Origin: Nitrospinales bacterium
Lineage (GTDB): Bacteria > Nitrospinota > Nitrospinia > Nitrospinales > VA-1
NCBI GenBank assembly: GCA_965223795.1
Contig: CBDCXL010000002.1
Coordinates: 2,016,001 to 2,080,000 of the forward strand
Direction of reading: 5' to 3'
DNA length: 64,000 nucleotides
In this document: piece by piece, positions 58,589 through 64,000 of the stretch
Position numbering within the stretch: position 1 is the first letter of the stretch
How the letters are laid out: every line of letters starts with the position of its first letter
Translations under genes and position numbers: made by a program
Notes under the pieces: model-generated
The model's database searches: none
Told to the model about the DNA's origin: nothing
What the model saw: only the letters and a program-made list of their open reading frames with translations

Positions 58589-59749
58589 ATGCCGGAATCA
58601 AACCTTCTGCCTGGAGCGAACCCGTCTTTCCGAAACCGTGAGTCCATGGATAGAGACAGGATCGAAAAGCTCAAAAAGCAGGAAGCGCGGGTGGTCAGCG
58701 ATCTGCTGAAAAAGCAGAACGCCATGCTCGGCCGCTCGCTTTTCGATCTGGACAAGCTGATTTTTCTGCAGAAGAGCATCAGCCTGATGCGGCTGGGTGA
58801 AATCAGCAAGATTCTGGCGGACCGGCTCCCCAACGTCCTTTCCATCAAATTTTTTTCGCTGTTTCTCTACGACAAGGGCAAACGGCTCCTGCAGCTCTCC
58901 AGCCACAACCATCCCGACCTCAAGCCCGGCCTGACCATCCGCCAGAGCGAATCGGAAATCATGAACCAGGCGCTGGTCTCGGGAAAATACATCCTCGAGC
59001 AGGAGTATTCCCATTCCAGGTTTTTTCACGGCAACAAAAATCCGCTGTACGGATCGGATTTTTTCGTCACCATTCCTTTGATGATCGAAAACGAAAACAT
59101 CGGCGTGCTCAATCTCAACGACAACGAGAAGGGTTATTTCAACGTGATGGACCTGGATTTCATCCTCAACGTTTCCGAGTTCATCTCTCTTTCGATCAGC
59201 AACGCGCAGTCGTTTGAAAAGGCCGAGCGGCTTTCCGTGACCGACGGTCTCACCGGGCTGACCAACCGGCAGCACATGCAGTTTCTGCTCAAGAGCGAGA
59301 TCCTGAGGAGCCGCCGCTACAAATCCCCGTTGTCGCTGGTGATGCTGGATGTGGATCATTTCAAGGAGGTGAACGATACGTTCGGACACCAGGAGGGCGA
59401 CGACGTGCTGATCACGATCGCTTCCATCCTCAAGCGGATCTGCCGGTCGCAGGATGTGGCCGCCCGTTACGGCGGCGAGGAATTCGTGCTGGTCCTGCCG
59501 GAGACCAAGTCCACCGGCGCCTGGGTCATTGCGGAACGGGTCCGCGAAGCGGTGGAAAAGGTGAAGTTCCGGCACGACACCACCGGTTACCATGTGACCG
59601 TGAGCTGCGGCATCGCGGCCTTCGATCCGCAAACGGTGATCGATCACATCGACCTGATCCGGGTCGCCGACCTGGCCCTGTACCGGGCGAAAGAGACCGG
59701 GCGCAACCGGTCGGTGCAGTGGTCGGCCGAGGAGTTCAAAGAGGGCTGA
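58589..59749 (+). CDS. GAF-GGDEF diguanylate cyclase
   Basis: TDGLTGL, DVDHFKEVND, RSQD I-site, RYGGEEF; true start may be ATG 58646. Confidence 0.93.
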   Translation: MPESNLLPGANPSFRNRESMDRDRIEKLKKQEARVVSDLLKKQNAMLGRSLFDLDKLIFLQKSISLMRLGEISKILADRLPNVLSIKFFSLFLYDKGKRLLQLSSHNHPDLKPGLTIRQSESEIMNQALVSGKYILEQEYSHSRFFHGNKNPLYGSDFFVTIPLMIENENIGVLNLNDNEKGYFNVMDLDFILNVSEFISLSISNAQSFEKAERLSVTDGLTGLTNRQHMQFLLKSEILRSRRYKSPLSLVMLDVDHFKEVNDTFGHQEGDDVLITIASILKRICRSQDVAARYGGEEFVLVLPETKSTGAWVIAERVREAVEKVKFRHDTTGYHVTVSCGIAAFDPQTVIDHIDLIRVADLALYRAKETGRNRSVQWSAEEFKEG

Positions 59750-59830
59750 ACCGGTTGTCATCGCGCGGACACGGCTGTGCCCGAGCGCGCGGACGTTTGC
59801 TTCCGGTTTGTCCCGCATTGGAGACGACGC

Positions 59831-60682
59831 ATGACGCTGCCGAAACTGGATTCGTTCCAATCTCTCGACGGGCTGCCTTCCCTTCCGGGGCAGATCGTCG
59901 GCTTCCTCGATGAGATCGGCGGCGTGTCGGCGAACGATTACAACATCCTGCATCGTATTCAGTACGACCCGGCGATCGCGCTCACCGTGCTCAAGCTGGC
60001 CAACGCGCCGCTTTATGGATTCCGGTCGAAAATCGTCTCGCTGCAGCAGGCGGCGGCGCTTGTCGGGCCGGGCGCGATCAAAAACCTCGTGCTGATGACA
60101 CCGATTCTGGAACGTTACCAGGACAGCGGGCAGGTCGCGCTCAACATCGATTATCCCAATCTGTGGCTGCATCTTGCGGTCACGGCGGGCATCGCCAGCG
60201 GCCTCGGAAAACGCATCGAAGGGATGGAGCCGGACGTCTGTTTCACGGCGGGGCTGATCCATGGGGCGGGAAAGATCGCGCTGGCGACCCAGCATCCGGA
60301 ACTGCTGGCCAAAGTGCTGCGCAACGCAACGAGCCGGAACGTTTCGCTGCGCGAATCCGAAAAGGAAATTCTGGGTTTCACCGATTCGGATGTCGCCGCC
60401 GCTCTGGCGCGGGCGTGGCGGTTCCCGGACGTGCTCACCGTCGCGCTGGAGCAGGGCTGCAATTCACGCGAAGAGGGGATCACCGAAAAGCTCCCGGCGG
60501 TGTTGTGTCTTGCCCGTCTTCAGGCGGCGCAATGGGGCTACCCCGACACGTTGATCGCGGAAGAGAACGGTGAGCGGGACGATCTTCTCGATCTGCTCGG
60601 TGTGTCGGGCGGGGAATGGGACGCCTGGCAGAGCGAGCTGCACGAGTACGCGGATCTTGCGGCGCGTTCACAGGGAGTCTGA
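59831..60682 (+). CDS. HDOD-domain protein
   Basis: LPSLP, DPAIALTVLKLANAPLYG, FTAGLIH, LARAWRFP. Confidence 0.88.
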   Translation: MTLPKLDSFQSLDGLPSLPGQIVGFLDEIGGVSANDYNILHRIQYDPAIALTVLKLANAPLYGFRSKIVSLQQAAALVGPGAIKNLVLMTPILERYQDSGQVALNIDYPNLWLHLAVTAGIASGLGKRIEGMEPDVCFTAGLIHGAGKIALATQHPELLAKVLRNATSRNVSLRESEKEILGFTDSDVAAALARAWRFPDVLTVALEQGCNSREEGITEKLPAVLCLARLQAAQWGYPDTLIAEENGERDDLLDLLGVSGGEWDAWQSELHEYADLAARSQGV

Positions 60683-60713
60683 GGCATCCACCGGCGGATC
60701 GGCAGCGCGTTTG

Positions 60714-62657
60714 TCAGGTATGGCGTTGCGCGTCGAGCGCCGCGATGAGTTCCTTCAGGGCGCGGGACATCTCGACCGGATAAACCGCGCCGGTTCCCAG
60801 GGAGCGCAGCGCTTCGGGCAGCGCGGCCAGAGAGGTCCGGGTCCGCTCCCGGATTTTTTCAAGCGAAGGCAGCGGGCGCGTGCGTTTTCCCGCGCGCATC
60901 ACCGGCTGCAACAGCGGCATTCCTTCCTGCGTCTCCTCCATACGCGCCACCACGTCTTTTTGCATGCATCCGGTTTCATCGAACCGGCGGAACACCTGCT
61001 TCGCCCCGGGTACGTTGGATTTTTCCTGCGCATGCTTGCGCCGTGGCACCCCTGCGTACTCCTGCAGCTTGTACACGCAGTTCAGGTTGGGCGCGTCGGC
61101 GGAAGTGGTGAGCCGCGTGCCGATCCCGTATCCGTCGATCGGCGCATTGCTTTGGGCAAAGTCCGTGAGTTTGGTTTCGTCGAGGTCGCCGCTGGCGAGG
61201 ATGCGGACGTGCGTGAGTCCGCGTTCGTCGAAAATCTCCCGCACCTGGCGGGCCAGCGCCGCCAGATCGCCGCTGTCCAGGCGCACGGCGCGCAGCGCGG
61301 TTCCCTTTTCATTCAGCCTGGCCGCCAGCTTCGCGGCTTTCAACGCGGCCTGCACGGTGTCGTGGGTGTCGAGCAGCAGGACCAGATTGTCCGGCTGAGA
61401 CGCGGCGAAATTTTCAAACGCTGCAAGCTCATCCTCGTGGGCGAGGATGTAGGAATGCGCCATGGTGCCGAACAGCGGGATGCCCCATAAGGCGCCCGCC
61501 TTGACCGTCGCCGTTCCGGCGAACCCGGCCAGATAACTGGCGCGCGCGGCCAGCAGTCCGGCCTCGGCGCCGTGCGCCCTGCGGAAGCCGAAATCGACCA
61601 GCGTTTTTCCCCCGGCGGCGAGCACCATGCGCGCCGCTTTGCTCGCGACCAGAGTAGAGTACTGCAACAGGTTGATGATGCGCGATTCGACGAACTGCGC
61701 CTGCATGAGCGGCGCGGTGACGCGCAGCAGCGGCTCATCGGCGAACACCACCGTACCTTCCGGCATCGCATCCACATCTCCGGTGAAGCGGAAGGACGTT
61801 AGCGATTCGAGGAAGCCGGTGCTGAAGTGCCCGGTTTTTTCGAGGGTGCCGAGGTCCTCCCGGGTGAAGCGCAGGTGTTCCAGAAATTCAAGACAGTGCT
61901 CCAGTCCGGCGGCCAGCAGAAAGCCGCGCCCGGGCGGCAGAGCGCGCACGTAAAATTCGAACACGGCGGCGGCGTCCATCTTTTGTTCGCGGTAGCTCTG
62001 AAGCATGGTGAGCTGATACAGATCGGTCAAAAGCGGCGAGACATCGATGGCGGGTGCGGAAAAATCCGCAAGCCTACTCAGGGTGCAGCCCGATGCCACC
62101 ATGGCCTCGATGGCGCGCAGCCCGTCGCCGGGCTTCACATCGACGGCGCGCACGGCGTCTTCCAGCAGGACCACGTCGAGGCCTTGTGCGAGCGCGTCCT
62201 GCACGGTGTTCAGCACGCAGTAATCGGTGGCGAGGCCGCCCACGAAAATCCGCTTCACGTTGAGCGATTGAAGCTGCCCGGCGAGCGGTGTGTCCTGAAA
62301 CCCCGAGTAGGCTTCGGCGTTTTTATCGGTGCCTTTGGAGATGATCTTAGCCGAGGCGGGAAGCTTGAGGTCCGCGGCGAAGCCCGCTCCGGCCGTGTCC
62401 TGGACGCAGTGCGGCGGCCACGGTCCGCCGTTTTGCTCAAACGAGCAATGTCCGGCGGGATGCCAGTCGCGGGTGGCGAACACCGGCAGCCCTGCGCCCA
62501 AAAATAATTCCATGCAGGCGTTCAACACGGGCACGACGGCATCGCCTTCGGGGACGGCGAGCGCCCCTTCGGGCAAAAAATCGTTCTGCACGTCGACCAC
62601 GACCAGGGCGTCGCCGGGTCCAGGCTGCCATCGGGATCGGTTGCAAGGGGCCGTCAT
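60714..62657 (-). CDS. Nicotinamidase (PncA) - nicotinate phosphoribosyltransferase (PncB) fusion
   Basis: N-terminal VDVQNDF, DWH, WPPHCV, SKG, LATDYCV; C-terminal LLTDLYQLTM, FGFRRAHG, GTMAHS, VRLDSGD, VYKL. Confidence 0.92.
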   Translation of the reverse strand: MTAPCNRSRWQPGPGDALVVVDVQNDFLPEGALAVPEGDAVVPVLNACMELFLGAGLPVFATRDWHPAGHCSFEQNGGPWPPHCVQDTAGAGFAADLKLPASAKIISKGTDKNAEAYSGFQDTPLAGQLQSLNVKRIFVGGLATDYCVLNTVQDALAQGLDVVLLEDAVRAVDVKPGDGLRAIEAMVASGCTLSRLADFSAPAIDVSPLLTDLYQLTMLQSYREQKMDAAAVFEFYVRALPPGRGFLLAAGLEHCLEFLEHLRFTREDLGTLEKTGHFSTGFLESLTSFRFTGDVDAMPEGTVVFADEPLLRVTAPLMQAQFVESRIINLLQYSTLVASKAARMVLAAGGKTLVDFGFRRAHGAEAGLLAARASYLAGFAGTATVKAGALWGIPLFGTMAHSYILAHEDELAAFENFAASQPDNLVLLLDTHDTVQAALKAAKLAARLNEKGTALRAVRLDSGDLAALARQVREIFDERGLTHVRILASGDLDETKLTDFAQSNAPIDGYGIGTRLTTSADAPNLNCVYKLQEYAGVPRRKHAQEKSNVPGAKQVFRRFDETGCMQKDVVARMEETQEGMPLLQPVMRAGKRTRPLPSLEKIRERTRTSLAALPEALRSLGTGAVYPVEMSRALKELIAALDAQRHT

Positions 62658-62765
62658 CGTGTTTCGTGAGTATAAGGGAATTGCAATCCGGCATTATGGC
62701 CCGAAGCGGGGTATTCTGGCAAGGCAGGTATGGCGAAGTGGAGAGGGACGGTTTCAGGCGTTGAG

Positions 62766-63746
62766 TTACAGTTCCGGACCCATGAAGCGGATGAAGTTCT
62801 GCAAAATTTCCGGATCGAACTCATCGGCCATCTGCTTGTTCATGATGGTGAGGGTGTCGAAGGGCGACATGGATTTTTTGTAGGACCGGCGCGTGGTGAG
62901 GGCGTCGTAGACGTCCATCACTTTGCAGATCCGGCCGTACAGGGAGATCTGCTCGCCCACCAGGCCCTTCGGGTAGCCTTTGCCGTTGTACTGTTCGTGA
63001 TGGTCGCCTGCCATTTTCACCACGTTGGAACGGTAGCACTGCATCGAGGCGAGGAGTCCCTCTCCCAGGGCGGCGTGGCTTTTCATGGTCTCGAATTCTT
63101 CGTCGGTGAGCTTGCCCTTTTTGTTGATGATGAGGGAGTCGATCTGGGCCTTGCCCACGTCGTGCAGCATGCCGCCGAGGCCGAGGTCCTTGATGTCGTT
63201 CTGCGGCATGTTCGTCTTGATGCCGTAGACCAGGCAGTAGAGGCCGACGTTCACGCTGTGGGTGTAGGTGTAGTAATCCTTGTTGGTGATCATGGACAGG
63301 CCGTAATAGCCGGTGCTGGAGTTGGACAGGCACTGCTCCATGATGTCCATGACTTCCTCGGAAGACTGCAGCACCTTCTGGGAGGCGTTGTATTCAAAAA
63401 ACTCCTGCATGATCTCCTGCGACACGTTGTAGATCTTCTGGGTTTTCTGCTTGAGCGGAACTTTGGGGTTGGAGATCAGGGATTTCAGGCTCTGGGTGAC
63501 GTGCTGGTAGTACTTGATCAGGTCCTCTTCGCGGACGAAATACTCCTGCTCCGAGTCGCCTTTTTCCAGGATTTCCTGGATTTTTTCCTGGTGGCGGGGG
63601 TCGGTGCTGGCGAACTTCACGTAACGCACGGTGCCGAAGGTCCGGGTCTGGTAGAAAATATCGAAATGTTCGCTGGACCGGGACACCAGAAATTCCAGGT
63701 TGATGGGGCGGAACGGTTCCTGATCCTGTGCGATGGCGGTTTTCAC
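62766..63746 (-). CDS. HD-GYP-domain c-di-GMP phosphodiesterase
   Basis: YTHSVNV, LHDVGK, HHEQYNGKGYP, DVYDALT. Confidence 0.92.
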   Translation of the reverse strand: MKTAIAQDQEPFRPINLEFLVSRSSEHFDIFYQTRTFGTVRYVKFASTDPRHQEKIQEILEKGDSEQEYFVREEDLIKYYQHVTQSLKSLISNPKVPLKQKTQKIYNVSQEIMQEFFEYNASQKVLQSSEEVMDIMEQCLSNSSTGYYGLSMITNKDYYTYTHSVNVGLYCLVYGIKTNMPQNDIKDLGLGGMLHDVGKAQIDSLIINKKGKLTDEEFETMKSHAALGEGLLASMQCYRSNVVKMAGDHHEQYNGKGYPKGLVGEQISLYGRICKVMDVYDALTTRRSYKKSMSPFDTLTIMNKQMADEFDPEILQNFIRFMGPEL

Positions 63747-63796
63747 GGTCGGCTCGCGATTTTCCTGAATTGGGTGAAAATGAGGCGTTTCTACCC

Positions 63797-63825
63797 ATTA
63801 TAGGGGCGGCGCGGGCCTCGATCAA
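63797..63825 (-). promoter_or_regulatory. sigma70 promoter for the HD-GYP gene
   Basis: Minus strand TTGATC, 17 bp, TATAAT. Confidence 0.65.
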
Positions 63826-64000
63826 GCCTTTGAAATAGTATGATTTACGCTGTTTTTGCGGGGCGCGGACACGCCTTTGGGAGTTAATTTAAACAGTTGC
63901 TGTAAATACCAATTTGTCAGTCATTTTGGAGGATCGGCTCGCGCTGCCGGGCGGCGGAAGACCGGAATTTTCCGTCCTGCGGAGCGAAAATTTTTTTACC

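Overview
GC-rich bacterial chromosomal window with about 55 CDS and 2 tRNAs. I found no rRNA, CRISPR array, integrase or transposase. The gene content and order suggest a Nitrospina-like (Nitrospinota) or deltaproteobacteria-like organism; this is an inference I could not check. Left to right: (1) a minus-strand block with NifU-like, ferredoxin and JAB genes, then PilZ, GAF-GAF-degenerate GGDEF and mreB; (2) tRNA-Val and tRNA-Asp, two accessory-looking genes and an orphan PAS/GAF kinase; (3) phoB-phoR, modABC plus an OprO/P-type porin, a second porin, pstSCAB and phoU; (4) exported-protein genes (Cys-rich protein, DUF1566/Lcl, msrP without msrQ, FGE-like), then ybbP-ybbA and tesA; (5) radical SAM plus CDP-alcohol transferase, a Lon-N-only protein, and an operon of circularly permuted ATP-grasp ligase, glutaredoxin and lysine 2,3-aminomutase; (6) an MshL/MshM/MshN-like trio; (7) a flagellar block (TPR, fleS/fleR-like, flgC, fliFGHIJ, motE-like) lacking flgB and fliE; (8) diguanylate cyclase, HDOD, a pncA-pncB fusion and an HD-GYP protein. 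Best candidate for an undescribed system: the ATP-grasp/glutaredoxin/aminomutase operon. Several regulatory motifs are readable directly: 11-bp-phased Pho-like repeats at three promoters, tandem ModE-type boxes, two sigma54 promoters each with a GTCA-N6-TGAC palindrome upstream, and a sigma28 promoter. All protein calls come from motif recognition, not database searches.
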